This document shows positions 26,657 through 36,855 of a DNA stretch of 64,000 nucleotides, in pieces; position 1 is the stretch's first letter, and each line of letters opens with the position of its first letter. The notes beneath the pieces are model-generated. The model was not told the origin of the DNA. It searched no databases and saw nothing but the letters and a program-made list of their open reading frames with translations. This DNA is from Candidatus Auribacterota bacterium (GTDB lineage Bacteria; Auribacterota; Tritonobacteria; UBA1439): positions 1 to 64,000 of the forward strand of contig JAPLCW010000174.1 of assembly GCA_026392015.1 (NCBI GenBank), in the 5' to 3' direction. Position numbers and translations under genes: made by a program.

Positions 26657-26939
26657 AAAGACCGTTCCCCCCGCACAGGTGAAGCGCGAATCCCCTCACT
26701 ACCCCGAGGTAATGACGATCGAGCAGGCCGCCGAGTACCTCCACCTGCACAAGCAGGTTGTCTATCGCCATGTCAAGAAGGGCAACATCCCCGCGAGCCG
26801 GATCGGATCGACCATCCGATTCAAAAAGTCCGTCATCGATGCATGGCTCGAGGATTCAGCCCTGCGCAGCCTGCACAGGGCCGAGGAACGAAAACCCGAA
26901 GCGCCGCGCGCGGAGAAAGAAAAGTTCGTCTGGGAATGA
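26649..26939 (+). CDS. Small helix-turn-helix DNA-binding protein (excisionase/MerR-like)
   Basis: MTIEQAAEYLHLHKQVVYRHVKKGNIPASRIGSTIRFKKSVIDAWL is a typical HTH_17-like segment. It overlaps the aldolase stop. Confidence 0.55.
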   Translation: MARKTVPPAQVKRESPHYPEVMTIEQAAEYLHLHKQVVYRHVKKGNIPASRIGSTIRFKKSVIDAWLEDSALRSLHRAEERKPEAPRAEKEKFVWE

Positions 26940-26970
26940 CGGCGACATTCCTGACGGCAAGGAGCCTCCC

Positions 26971-27756
26971 ATGAGCCTGTGGCGCGAGGTCGTCACAAAA
27001 CGAGGTTTGCTGGGCACCCTCGTTTCCCGGAATCTCAAGATACGCTACCAGGGCTCCGCAATCGGGTTCCTCTGGACTCTGCTCAACCCGCTCTTCATGG
27101 CCCTTATCTACTGGATCTTCATCCGCTTCATGAAGTTTGCCATGGACCCTTTCAGCCTGCTCGCCGGGGTGCTCTCGTGGCAGTTCCTCACGATGTGCTG
27201 CGGCGACGCGGTGAATTCCGTTGCGGGACATCCCAATCTGGTAAAGAAGGTCTACTTCCCGCGTATCATCCTGCCGCTCTCAACGGTGCTCGCCAACCTC
27301 CTCAACTTTCTGCTCTCGCTCCTCGTGCTCATCGCACTGGCGATCATTGCGGGCAGGCTTGCCTGGGGAGAGGCGCTGGCTGCCCTCCCCGCCGTGGTGC
27401 TCCTCCAGACAATCTTCTGCCTGGGGCTCACGCTCATCATCTCCTGTTCCAGCGTCTATTTCAGGGATACGGAGCATATCATCCAGGTGCTCCTCATGGC
27501 GTGGTTTTTTATGTCACCGGTGGTCTACCCCATGGAGCTCCTGTCACGGGGGGGAGTGATGCCCGCATGGCTTCTCGGCGTGTATTCGCTGAACCCGATG
27601 GTCGGCCTCATCACCAGCTACAGGGCAAGCATCCTCCACGGGCCGGCCCCTGAATGGATAGCCGCTGCCGCATCGCTGCTCCTCGCCCCCCTGGCGCTCG
27701 TCGCGGGGTTGAGGGTATTCATGCGGCATGAACCGGATTTTGCGGATGAACTGTAG
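26971..27756 (+). CDS. wzm: ABC-2 type polysaccharide exporter permease
   Basis: Six TM helices and conserved N-terminus LLGTLVSRNLKIRYQGSAIGFLWTLLNP. AAGGAG RBS precedes the ATG at 26971. Confidence 0.8.
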   Translation: MSLWREVVTKRGLLGTLVSRNLKIRYQGSAIGFLWTLLNPLFMALIYWIFIRFMKFAMDPFSLLAGVLSWQFLTMCCGDAVNSVAGHPNLVKKVYFPRIILPLSTVLANLLNFLLSLLVLIALAIIAGRLAWGEALAALPAVVLLQTIFCLGLTLIISCSSVYFRDTEHIIQVLLMAWFFMSPVVYPMELLSRGGVMPAWLLGVYSLNPMVGLITSYRASILHGPAPEWIAAAASLLLAPLALVAGLRVFMRHEPDFADEL

Positions 27757-27865
27757 GAGAACCATCGACACGGAGAATGGGCGATACGGTGATAGGGCGA
27801 AACTATATTCGCCGCGTCGCCGCGTCGCCCGCTCGCCGATTCGGATAAGGTAGTCATAGATAACG

Positions 27866-29044
27866 ATGAAATCTATCGAAGTCAATGGAGTCGGAAAAAA
27901 ATTCTATCTCAAGCACGCCGGCCGCCACACGCTGAAGGCCGCCGCACTGGGGTTGATTCTCAGGAAGAAAACGCGCGAAGAATTCTGGGCGCTACGGGAT
28001 ATCAACTTCCAGGTCGAAGCGGGGCGGACCCTCGGCATCATCGGCGCGAACGGCGCGGGGAAAAGCACCCTTCTCGGAATTCTCGCCCGCACAATGCGCC
28101 CCTCATCGGGAACGGTCATGGTACGCGGGCGGGTGTCTTCGCTCCTCGAGCTCGGTGCCGGATTCCACCCCGATCTCACCGGCGCGGAGAATATCTACCT
28201 CAACGGATCGATCCTCGGTCTCAGCCGAAGCGAAATTAATAAAAAGTTCGATTACATGGTGCGATTCGCGGAGCTCGAGCAGTTCATCGACACACCGGTG
28301 AAACACTACTCCTCGGGGATGTATGTACGCCTCGGCTTCGCGGTGGCGACCGAAGTGAATCCTGATATTCTTCTCATCGATGAGGTGATGGCGGTGGGAG
28401 ACGAGGGGTTCAAGAAAAAGTGCCTGGACAGGATTGCGCAGTTCAGGGCGGAGGGGAAGACGCTCCTCATCGTCTCCCACGACCTGGACACGATCACACG
28501 GGTGAGCGATGAGGTGCTCCTTCTCGACGCGGGGAGAATTGTCAATGTCGGGGAACCGGGGCAGGTGGTCGATCAGTACAAGAGTCTCGGATTCTTCAAG
28601 GAGGGGGCCCTCGTCATCCGGGAGTGGGGAACGCGGGAGGCGGTGATTAGTTCCGTCAGATTCTGCAATGTAACGGGTGAAACTCTCGAACGCATTTCGA
28701 GCAATGAACAGCTTATCGCCGAAATAAAATACCGGACGGAAAAGAAAATATCGGATCCCGTCTTCGGCTTCGCGATTGCGAAAAGCGACGGAACGCTCTG
28801 TGTGGGCAGCAACACCGTCATCGATAATTGCCCGATCCCCTCGATCGAGGGAGAGGGAGCGGTGCGCCTGCGCTTCCCCGCGCTTCCGCTCCTCCAGGGC
28901 AAATACTTCTTCTCGTTCTCCCTCCACACGCGCGACCAGAAGACGAATTATCATCGCCTGGACAACCGTTTCAGCCTCTGGGTGGACTGCCCCAGAAAGG
29001 CGGAGGGGGTGGTGAATCTGGGCTGCGTGTGGGAGCGGGCATAG
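27866..29044 (+). CDS. wzt: ABC polysaccharide exporter ATPase with C-terminal substrate-binding extension
   Basis: Walker A GANGAGKST, signature YSSGMYVRLGF and Walker B LLIDEV, followed by a ~150-aa C-terminal domain. Confidence 0.85.
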   Translation: MKSIEVNGVGKKFYLKHAGRHTLKAAALGLILRKKTREEFWALRDINFQVEAGRTLGIIGANGAGKSTLLGILARTMRPSSGTVMVRGRVSSLLELGAGFHPDLTGAENIYLNGSILGLSRSEINKKFDYMVRFAELEQFIDTPVKHYSSGMYVRLGFAVATEVNPDILLIDEVMAVGDEGFKKKCLDRIAQFRAEGKTLLIVSHDLDTITRVSDEVLLLDAGRIVNVGEPGQVVDQYKSLGFFKEGALVIREWGTREAVISSVRFCNVTGETLERISSNEQLIAEIKYRTEKKISDPVFGFAIAKSDGTLCVGSNTVIDNCPIPSIEGEGAVRLRFPALPLLQGKYFFSFSLHTRDQKTNYHRLDNRFSLWVDCPRKAEGVVNLGCVWERA

Positions 29045-29143
29045 GGAGGGGGTAATAGGCCATCGTACTCATCTCGATGAAGCTCGGTTCCCCATCTGGG
29101 GGGGCCTTGAAAATAGCTCACAATTTCAAAAGAAAGGAAGGCT

Positions 29144-29551
29144 ATGATTACAAGAACATTGCTTTATGGAACCATCCTCTGTGCGTGTATCGCATGCGTG
29201 GGTATTTCATGCAACTCCAACTCTCAAAACCCCAGCTCTCAAAACCCTCAAGAACCCGCTCGCAAACAAGAACCCACTCACAAAGCAATGAACACATCTA
29301 TCCCGGGGGAATTCAGGAATTGGATTCTTTTGCTTTCCCAATCCCAGGCATACTATATCGCGAATAATAGATGGCCCAAAACCTTCGAGGAACTAAAGGC
29401 CAGCGCGAGCAAGCCGGAAATGGACAAGTATGAATCGGTCAATTTCTCTCCTCAGCCGGATGGAAGCGTAGAAATCGAATACACTTTGAAGAGCGATCCC
29501 GGTAAAAAACATACTCACAAGGCCCCCGTCCCCAAGCCTCGCAAGAAATAA
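29144..29551 (+). CDS. Hypothetical lipoprotein / secreted protein (low-GC region)
   Basis: Hydrophobic N-terminus with Cys cluster (LCACIACVGISC). No known motif. Confidence 0.4.
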   Translation: MITRTLLYGTILCACIACVGISCNSNSQNPSSQNPQEPARKQEPTHKAMNTSIPGEFRNWILLLSQSQAYYIANNRWPKTFEELKASASKPEMDKYESVNFSPQPDGSVEIEYTLKSDPGKKHTHKAPVPKPRKK

Positions 29552-29627
29552 TTGTAGACGTTGTAGGTAACATATTGCGGCAGAAAGAGATGTTAGATTA
29601 TTTGTACCAGTAATTTAACCGGAATTT

Positions 29628-30146
29628 GTGGATGCGTTTGACAACAACAATTCTCTTCAGTACCATAGGGGCATTCGTGACATAACCACTTATCAGACAA
29701 ATTGTTACATACAACGTCTGCAAATGGAGGATGTGGAAATGGGCGAGATATTTGAAATCGGGGCGGAGGGTGTGGATGTAAAAAATATTATGGCGGAGAT
29801 CGAAGAACGCGTGGCCAGAAAGAAGGAGGCAGGCATTTACGATCGCTACGACCTCTCCCGAATCGAGACGCTGGAACTCAGCAAGATAAAAAGTGAGGCG
29901 GAGTATCTTAACTATCTCATTAAGGTAATCCAACAGACCTGGGATATCGATATCGGGGATTTCCCAATATACTCGAAGAGTGGTATTCTCGGCAAACCCG
30001 CGGTGATGCTCAAGAAGGTCATTTGGAAACTGCTTAAATTCTATACTTACCGCCTCTTCTCACAGCAGAAGGAGTTCAACTGCCAGGTCGCCAACGCCAT
30101 CAGCAGTTTGAAAAACAAGATCGACGAGCTTGCAAAAAAGCAGTAA
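29628..30146 (+). CDS. Hypothetical protein (low-GC region)
   Basis: ORF with AT-rich codon usage. The true start may be an internal Met (MEDVEMGEI). Confidence 0.35.
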   Translation: MDAFDNNNSLQYHRGIRDITTYQTNCYIQRLQMEDVEMGEIFEIGAEGVDVKNIMAEIEERVARKKEAGIYDRYDLSRIETLELSKIKSEAEYLNYLIKVIQQTWDIDIGDFPIYSKSGILGKPAVMLKKVIWKLLKFYTYRLFSQQKEFNCQVANAISSLKNKIDELAKKQ

Positions 30147-31383
30147 CCGCTCATTATACTCATTCCTTTCGCACTACAGACTCCCCCTCAAAATCGGGCA
30201 GTGGTTCAATTCGACCAAGCATATAGTTTCTCTACGATGTAGGGGCGTGATGAACTTGTCCTGAGCGAAGTCGAAGGATCACGCCCGGGTTCGATAAATC
30301 GAACCCCTACAAATCAACGCTCCCCAGAATGACCCACTACCCATAATCGCTTATGTCTGGCAAGCAAAGATGGTAGGCCTGAATGGCGGATAACAAATCA
30401 AAACGTTGACCTGGTGTAATGCGTCAGTTACGCTGGGGGCTGCTGACTTTGTCCGGACATGCATATTTTTATTCTAACCACGGATAAACAATGTGGGAGC
30501 GGCTTCCAGCCGCGATAATCGGGGCGAGGACGCACCTCCCACAGTATGCTCTTATCTTGATAGCTTGATAGCTCGATAGCTAAATTGCTCTCCTCCCCCC
30601 TCCCACAATTGAACTACGTGAGACAATCCGTGTTCATCCGTAATTTATATACTCCTGTCAAACTGCCCCATGACTATCTGGTGGATGACATTTAATAAGG
30701 AGTATTTCTCGTCGTAGGGGCTTAATTTATCACGCCCGCCAAACGGATCGGATAAAACTTGTCCTGAGCCTGCCGAAGGATCCAACCCCTACATTATTCG
30801 CCGTTTCGAGTGTAGAATGGTCCAGAAGAAAGCAGAAAACACCAAGAATTGTATACAAACTGCATACAAAGTATACATACTTGACACAATAGAATGTATA
30901 CTGAGTATGCAAGGCCATTTCTCGCTAGCTAATATTTCGCAAAATACAGTTTAATCCTATAGATAACTACCTAGCATTAAAGGAGTTGCATTTGATAAAA
31001 TAAATATCACCAAAACCTACAAATTGGCATGAAATTTGCTACCTTCCTAGGGTATGAGAGTGATACCCACTTATTCAGAAGCTGACTTGGGCAAAAGAAC
31101 TCCAATGCTCCCGATAATTCAAAGGGCGTCATATAGCGGGCATAAGGGTTTGAGTACAGTAGTGGGTTGCGTATTGACTGATGCTGATAACTGTTGTATT
31201 ACATTTAATAAGCGCCATGCAATATGTAACTGCAATCCAGCCTTGGCGACAGAAGCCATCCATCAACAGCACTCGAGGGATTGCCTCGTCCTCCCGCACC
31301 TTGCAATAGCATAATAGCGCAGCTCATCTTTTATCCTGCGCATACATTGTAATCGGGACTTGTCTCAGGAAAGGAAGAAGCAA

Positions 31384-34176
31384 ATGAAAAGGATAATTCT
31401 GATTATAGGATCCGCGGTATCTATAATGGGGTTCGTGATAGCGAATTCGAGCGTAGCTCAGCTCGCTGATACCCCGTGGCCCATGTTCCGTCATGATGCG
31501 AGGCACACCGGATTGAGCGATTACGCCGGAATCGACCAACCGGGACTCAGGTGGAGTTATTTTTCAGGCTGGCCGCTATACTCTTCACCTGTTCTTGAGG
31601 CCGACGGGAGCATATATATCGGGATGGATCGCTCGCTGTACCGCCTTGCTTCAACAGGGGCGATACAATGGAGCTACAGAACGGAAGAGGCCATTGAAGC
31701 CGCCCCGGCATTGGAAAACGGAGGGCGGGTATTCATACCTGGTGATCACAACCATCTCTACTGCATGAATTCCAACGGCACCCTGTTCTGGAGTTATCGG
31801 ACTCCTTCGTATTTAGATATGGACTCCTCTCCAACGATCGGAAACGACGGGAAGATACGCATATCCTCCAGTTTCCCTTCTCACAACCTTCTTTACGCTC
31901 TGAATAAGAATTGCACGCTGTTCTGGAGTTATAGCGCAGGCGGTTCCATCCAGGGCTCCCCTGCTCTATCCGATGACGACACTTTATACGCCGGCGCAGC
32001 GGATAAAAATGTATATTCGATCACTGCTCATGGATCCTTAAATTGGAGTTATGATGCCGGAATTTCCTCTGATAATTCTTCTCCACCTTCGCCGGCCATA
32101 GGGAACGATGGATCAATCTACTATAGCAGTGTAGAAGCGAACACACTCTACACCCTGACATCGCCAGGCGCATTATCCTGGTCTTACACAATGAGCAATT
32201 CACACTCCTCTCCGGCGATAGGGCTCGACGGAACGATTTGCATAGGCCCCACCCATGGTTCGCTCAAGACAGGGCCCTATGAAATCATGGCGCTCAGATC
32301 GAATGGCCTTCTCGCATGGAGCTATAGCAGCGAATACCCCGATAATTATTCTTACTCTTCCCCGGTGTTGGACAGCAACGGATCCGTCTTTGCCACCTTT
32401 GCAGCCAACCCGTTTTTCGCGTTCGATTCAAACGGAGCGTTTCAATGGTCGTACAGTCTGGCGGACGAGCCGTACTGTTCATCTCCGTCAATCGGTTCTG
32501 ACGGGGCTATTTATACCGGAGGGTATCGCACGCTCTATGCCCTGTATCCCGAAACGCCGGGGCCCACAGCTCCTCCGACAAATACGCCTACGTCCACACT
32601 TACCCCATCCCCGACCCCGACAGGCCCTACCCCGACTCCGCTTCCATGGGCCATGTTCCGTTACAACGCGCGCCATACCGGCCTAAGCCCCAACGCGGGC
32701 CCCCTCTTGCCAACATTGAAATGGAGTTACAGGGCCGGCAACGACATCCTGCGCTCATCCCCTGTATTGGATGCAACCGGCACAATGTATATAGGATCGG
32801 AAGACAGTAACATCTACTCCATTGACTCGGGCGGCAAACTGAATTGGAGCTACCTCACGGAAGACGCGATTTCCTACTCTTCCCCCGCCATAGGCAGGGG
32901 AGGGGAAATCTACATAGGAAGCGGCTACTGGGACCAGAACCTTTACTGTCTTAACTCAAACGGCGTGCTTGCATGGAAATTCCGCGCATGGGAGGAAATT
33001 GCCGCATCGCCCGTACTCGGCGACAACGGGGAGATATACTTTGGCACGACGGATGAGGTCATGTACTGTCTGGATCCGCACGGCATGCTCAGATGGAGCT
33101 ATTACTCGGCATCCGAAAATTCTTCGCCTGCAATCAATGATGAGGGGACGGTATTCTATCTATCCACGTATCGGGTTATGACGTTGAAATCCGACGGTGA
33201 ATTTTTTTGGAGCTACAACTCCGGGTCAACAAGTTCTTCGCCGGCGCTCGATTCCGATGGCGCTCTCTATTTCGGCGCGGACAATAATAATTTTTACGCG
33301 ATCAGTTCAGGCGGCCAGGTGCGATGGAGCTATAAGTCAGTGGATAATATACTCTCGTCCGCGGCAGTTGGCCGTTCGGGCACAGTATATTTCGGTTCAG
33401 AAGATAATGCCTTCTATGCCATTGAGAGCGGAGGTTCCCTCTCCTGGAGTTACCTGACACCGGACAGGATCTATTCTTCTCCCGCGGCGGATAGCGACGG
33501 GAGACTATATTTTACCTCGCTTGATGACCGGGCGTATGCCCTTAATGAACTTGGCTCGCTCAGTTGGAGTTACAGAACTTCAGCCAGTATGCAATGCTCG
33601 CCGGCGATAGGTGTGGGGAACACATTATATTTCGGCTCAAACTCCAACATTATCTATGCCCTGACCAACAAGGGCCCGACCCCCACGCCGACGTGCACAC
33701 GCACGCCGTCGGCCACTCCGACGCGTACCCAAACCCCCACCCGGACTCCTACACCCACCCGGACTCCTACACCCACATCCACACCGACAGACACCCCCAC
33801 GCCTTCACCCACGACAACTCCTCCTCCTCCCCAAATAGTGATCAATGGTTCGTCATTTAAAGCCGGGGACCAGCTTACCGCCACATTCGTGCTGCCGTTG
33901 CCGATCCCACAGTCATTCACTGCCTACTCCGTGATAGTGCTTCCGGATGGCTCAATGCTCAATACGATGACGCTCAGCAACAAACTAACCCCCGCAGCCT
34001 CAAATGTTCCGGGGCTTCCCGCGCATTTCTCTCGCGTCATCCTCTCCACCATCATACCCGGAGGAGCGCCGAGGGGTAACTTTGAGACATTCATAGCCTT
34101 TTTTGACCCCCAGAGAAAGATACGCAGCAGAAAAGACGCATTCCTGGACGTGTCTTCTTCCTTCAGACTGGAATAG
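31384..34176 (+). CDS. Large secreted protein with two PQQ-like beta-propeller repeat arrays separated by Pro/Thr linkers
   Basis: Signal peptide; more than 16 repeats of the LY.....G...WSY pattern; PT-rich linkers (PTAPPTNTPTSTLTPSPTPT, TPTPTCTRTPSATPTRTQTPT); ~110-aa C-terminal domain. AGGAAG RBS before the ATG at 31384. Confidence 0.75.
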   Translation: MKRIILIIGSAVSIMGFVIANSSVAQLADTPWPMFRHDARHTGLSDYAGIDQPGLRWSYFSGWPLYSSPVLEADGSIYIGMDRSLYRLASTGAIQWSYRTEEAIEAAPALENGGRVFIPGDHNHLYCMNSNGTLFWSYRTPSYLDMDSSPTIGNDGKIRISSSFPSHNLLYALNKNCTLFWSYSAGGSIQGSPALSDDDTLYAGAADKNVYSITAHGSLNWSYDAGISSDNSSPPSPAIGNDGSIYYSSVEANTLYTLTSPGALSWSYTMSNSHSSPAIGLDGTICIGPTHGSLKTGPYEIMALRSNGLLAWSYSSEYPDNYSYSSPVLDSNGSVFATFAANPFFAFDSNGAFQWSYSLADEPYCSSPSIGSDGAIYTGGYRTLYALYPETPGPTAPPTNTPTSTLTPSPTPTGPTPTPLPWAMFRYNARHTGLSPNAGPLLPTLKWSYRAGNDILRSSPVLDATGTMYIGSEDSNIYSIDSGGKLNWSYLTEDAISYSSPAIGRGGEIYIGSGYWDQNLYCLNSNGVLAWKFRAWEEIAASPVLGDNGEIYFGTTDEVMYCLDPHGMLRWSYYSASENSSPAINDEGTVFYLSTYRVMTLKSDGEFFWSYNSGSTSSSPALDSDGALYFGADNNNFYAISSGGQVRWSYKSVDNILSSAAVGRSGTVYFGSEDNAFYAIESGGSLSWSYLTPDRIYSSPAADSDGRLYFTSLDDRAYALNELGSLSWSYRTSASMQCSPAIGVGNTLYFGSNSNIIYALTNKGPTPTPTCTRTPSATPTRTQTPTRTPTPTRTPTPTSTPTDTPTPSPTTTPPPPQIVINGSSFKAGDQLTATFVLPLPIPQSFTAYSVIVLPDGSMLNTMTLSNKLTPAASNVPGLPAHFSRVILSTIIPGGAPRGNFETFIAFFDPQRKIRSRKDAFLDVSSSFRLE

Positions 34177-34215
34177 CTTCCGGTATTCTGCAGTGATATA
34201 TCTGGTAACCACTCA

Positions 34216-34372
34216 GATAGTCAGGATGCAGAAGCCAGGAGCCAGAATGGAAAAGCAAGAATCCAGAATACAGAATTAAGAATAACGGCATTTCAAGGAA
34301 ACGTTTATCTCCTGTCTCCTGAATTCTGACTCCTGAATTCTGACTCCTGAATTCTGGCTTCTAAATTCTTGC
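34216..34372. repeat. MITE-like palindromic element, copy B (inverted relative to copy A)
   Basis: Same core GGAAACGTTTATCTCCT with CTGAATTCTGACTCCTG heptamer arms. Confidence 0.8.
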
Positions 34373-34469
34373 TCCTCGCAGTCACGACATCGCCCTATTT
34401 ATTGAGTGAAAATTGTGGCTTCTGCGCTTATAATCTCTAGATATCAACTTTTTAGGGCGGTGATATACT

Positions 34470-35660
34470 ATGCCGGTTGGAAATATCGCATTTGTCGTTC
34501 CCCGCTACGGCGTGCAATCCGCCGGGGGGGCGGAGGTTCTGGCGCAGAGAGTGGCGGAGAAGCTTGCCGCTGCCGGCGCTCATATCTCCGTCCTCACCAC
34601 CTGCGCGCGCGACCATTTTACCTGGGCGAACTACTTCTCGCCCGGGCAGGAATTTATCAACGGCGTGTCCGTGCACCGTTTTCCCGCGGACGAGCGGAAA
34701 CCGGATTCAGAGTTCATATCCATCCAGGGACGCATTGCGCAGGGGATGAAGGTCAGCCGGGATGAGGAAGAGAAATGGATCAGGGGGAGCGTCCACAGCC
34801 GCGCACTCTATGAGTTCATCAGCACAAATCGCGGTTATTTTGATGCGTTCCTCTTTATCCCCTATCTCTTCGGAACGACCTGGGCGGGGAGTGCGCTCGC
34901 GCCCGAAAAAGCAATCCTCATACCCTGTCTCCACGATGAGCCGTACGCGCGCCTCAGCATATTCAGGGAGATGTTCGGCCGCTGCCGGGGACTGATCTTC
35001 AACAGCGAGCCGGAGCGTGACCTCGCCCTGCAGCTTTACGGGTTGCACGCCGATACGGTTGCCGTCGGAGGGATGGGGCTCGAACCGCGGGATCAGTATC
35101 GCCCCGAGCGATTCAGGAAGAAGTTCCGCCTTGCGCAACCATTCATACTCTACGCGGGGAGGCGCGAGGAAGGGAAGAACACTCCTCTCCTGATCGAGTA
35201 TTTCCGGACATTCAAGAAACAGAACCGGAACGATCTCGCGCTCGTGCTCCTGGGAACAGGCGATGTGACGATCCCTGAAGATGCCGCGGGGGAGATCCAT
35301 GACCTGGGTTACATCGCGGAGGATCTCAAGCACGATGCCTACGCCGCGAGCCTGGCGCTCTGCCAGCCATCCGTCAACGAGAGTTTCTCCATCGTGCTCA
35401 TGGAGGCCTGGCTCGCGGGAGCCGCGGCCCTGGCGCACGGGGGATGCGCAGTCACCGCGCGGCACTGCCTCGATTCCAACGGCGGCCTCCTCTTCCGGGA
35501 CTACTATACTTTTGAGGAGTGCCTCCTCTACCTTATGGAGAATAAGGGACTCCGCGAGCGCCTCGCTGCCGGCGGGAGAGCCTACGTGCGGCGGGAATAC
35601 TCATGGGATGCCGTGCTGAAACGTTACGCGCACGCATTCGACCAATTCAAACTCGCATAA
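34470..35660 (+). CDS. Family 4 glycosyltransferase (GT-B)
   Basis: C-terminal GT1/GT4 fold with an E-x7-E-like region (SVNESFSIVLMEAWLAGAAALAHGG). Confidence 0.8.
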   Translation: MPVGNIAFVVPRYGVQSAGGAEVLAQRVAEKLAAAGAHISVLTTCARDHFTWANYFSPGQEFINGVSVHRFPADERKPDSEFISIQGRIAQGMKVSRDEEEKWIRGSVHSRALYEFISTNRGYFDAFLFIPYLFGTTWAGSALAPEKAILIPCLHDEPYARLSIFREMFGRCRGLIFNSEPERDLALQLYGLHADTVAVGGMGLEPRDQYRPERFRKKFRLAQPFILYAGRREEGKNTPLLIEYFRTFKKQNRNDLALVLLGTGDVTIPEDAAGEIHDLGYIAEDLKHDAYAASLALCQPSVNESFSIVLMEAWLAGAAALAHGGCAVTARHCLDSNGGLLFRDYYTFEECLLYLMENKGLRERLAAGGRAYVRREYSWDAVLKRYAHAFDQFKLA

Positions 35661-35760
35661 AAATCAACCGGTTACTCCCCGGGTTCGGGAATAGCCCACC
35701 CTGCAGGCGGGACTTTAGGCCCGCATGCCGGGCACATGAGAGGATGCGCGTGCGGTAGCC

Positions 35761-36855
35761 ATGAGAATCAACCAGCTTCTACCCGGGTTTGGAAGCGGTG
35801 ACGCGATCAGCAACTTCGCGCTCCAGCTCCAGTCGATTCTGCGCTCCTGGGGGCATGAATCCGTGATCTACTGCCCGCTCCGGCACGTCGGCCCCACGGA
35901 ACAGCATCTGTGCCTGGACTACCGGCTGCTCCCAGATCCCCTGGCGGGGGATATCACCCTCTACCATTATTCGGTCAGCTCCGAACTCACCGAACTTTTC
36001 AAGCAGTTGAACGGCCGGCGCCTCCTCTTCTACCACAATATCACTCCGCACCATTATTTCGAGGGCATTCACGCCGGGAAGGCCCTGGCACTCCGGCGAG
36101 GGCGCGAGGAGCTCCGCACCCTCGCCGACGCATCAGACCTTGCCGTCGGCGCCTCTGAGTTCAGCAGGCGCGAGTTGGAGGAAAACGGATTCACCCGCAC
36201 CGCCACCCTCCCCTACATACTGGATCGCCAGGCTCTCTCCACCCCTCCCAACCGTTCGGTGATGAGACAGTACGGGGACGGGGCGACGAATCTGCTCTTT
36301 GTCGGGCGCGTGGCGCCGAACAAGAGGGTGGAGGATCTGATAAAGATATTCCATTTCTACAGAAACACGATCGCGGCGCGCTCCCGCCTCCTCATCGCCG
36401 GATCGCTCATGGGCGTGGACCGCTACACACACCATCTGAATAGCATGATCAGGCTGCTCGATCTCCCCGATGTGGTTTTCATCAACCACGTCGTGGGCCC
36501 CGAGCTCTACGCCCTCTACCACAGCGCCCACGTTTTTCTTTGCATGAGCGAGCACGAGGGCTTCTGCATGCCCCTGCTGGAGGCGATGCACTTCCGTCTC
36601 CCCGTCATCGCGTATGCGGCGGGGGCGGTTCCCGAGACGCTCGGCGGCGCCGGCGTGCTCGTGAAGGAGAAAGATCACGCGGCAATCGCGGAACTGGCGG
36701 ATGCCGTGTGCCGCGACCGGGCGCTCAGGGAATCGATTATCCGGAAACAGCTGGCGCGCCTCGATGCCTTCTCTCCCGAAGCGATCGCAAGTAGGCTCGG
36801 GGAGCTCCTGTCGCCCTGGCTGACGCAAGGAGGGGAGGATGCCGCGCATGCCTAA
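35761..36855 (+). CDS. Family 4 glycosyltransferase
   Basis: FVGRVAPNKRVEDLI...SEHEGFCMPLLEAMHFRLPVIAYAAGAVPETLG. Confidence 0.8.
   Translation: MRINQLLPGFGSGDAISNFALQLQSILRSWGHESVIYCPLRHVGPTEQHLCLDYRLLPDPLAGDITLYHYSVSSELTELFKQLNGRRLLFYHNITPHHYFEGIHAGKALALRRGREELRTLADASDLAVGASEFSRRELEENGFTRTATLPYILDRQALSTPPNRSVMRQYGDGATNLLFVGRVAPNKRVEDLIKIFHFYRNTIAARSRLLIAGSLMGVDRYTHHLNSMIRLLDLPDVVFINHVVGPELYALYHSAHVFLCMSEHEGFCMPLLEAMHFRLPVIAYAAGAVPETLGGAGVLVKEKDHAAIAELADAVCRDRALRESIIRKQLARLDAFSPEAIASRLGELLSPWLTQGGEDAAHA

Noticed and set aside
33654-33920. 88-aa minus-strand ORF made of GVGV/RVGV repeats
   Set aside because: It is the antisense of the Pro/Thr-rich linker of the PQQ-propeller protein.
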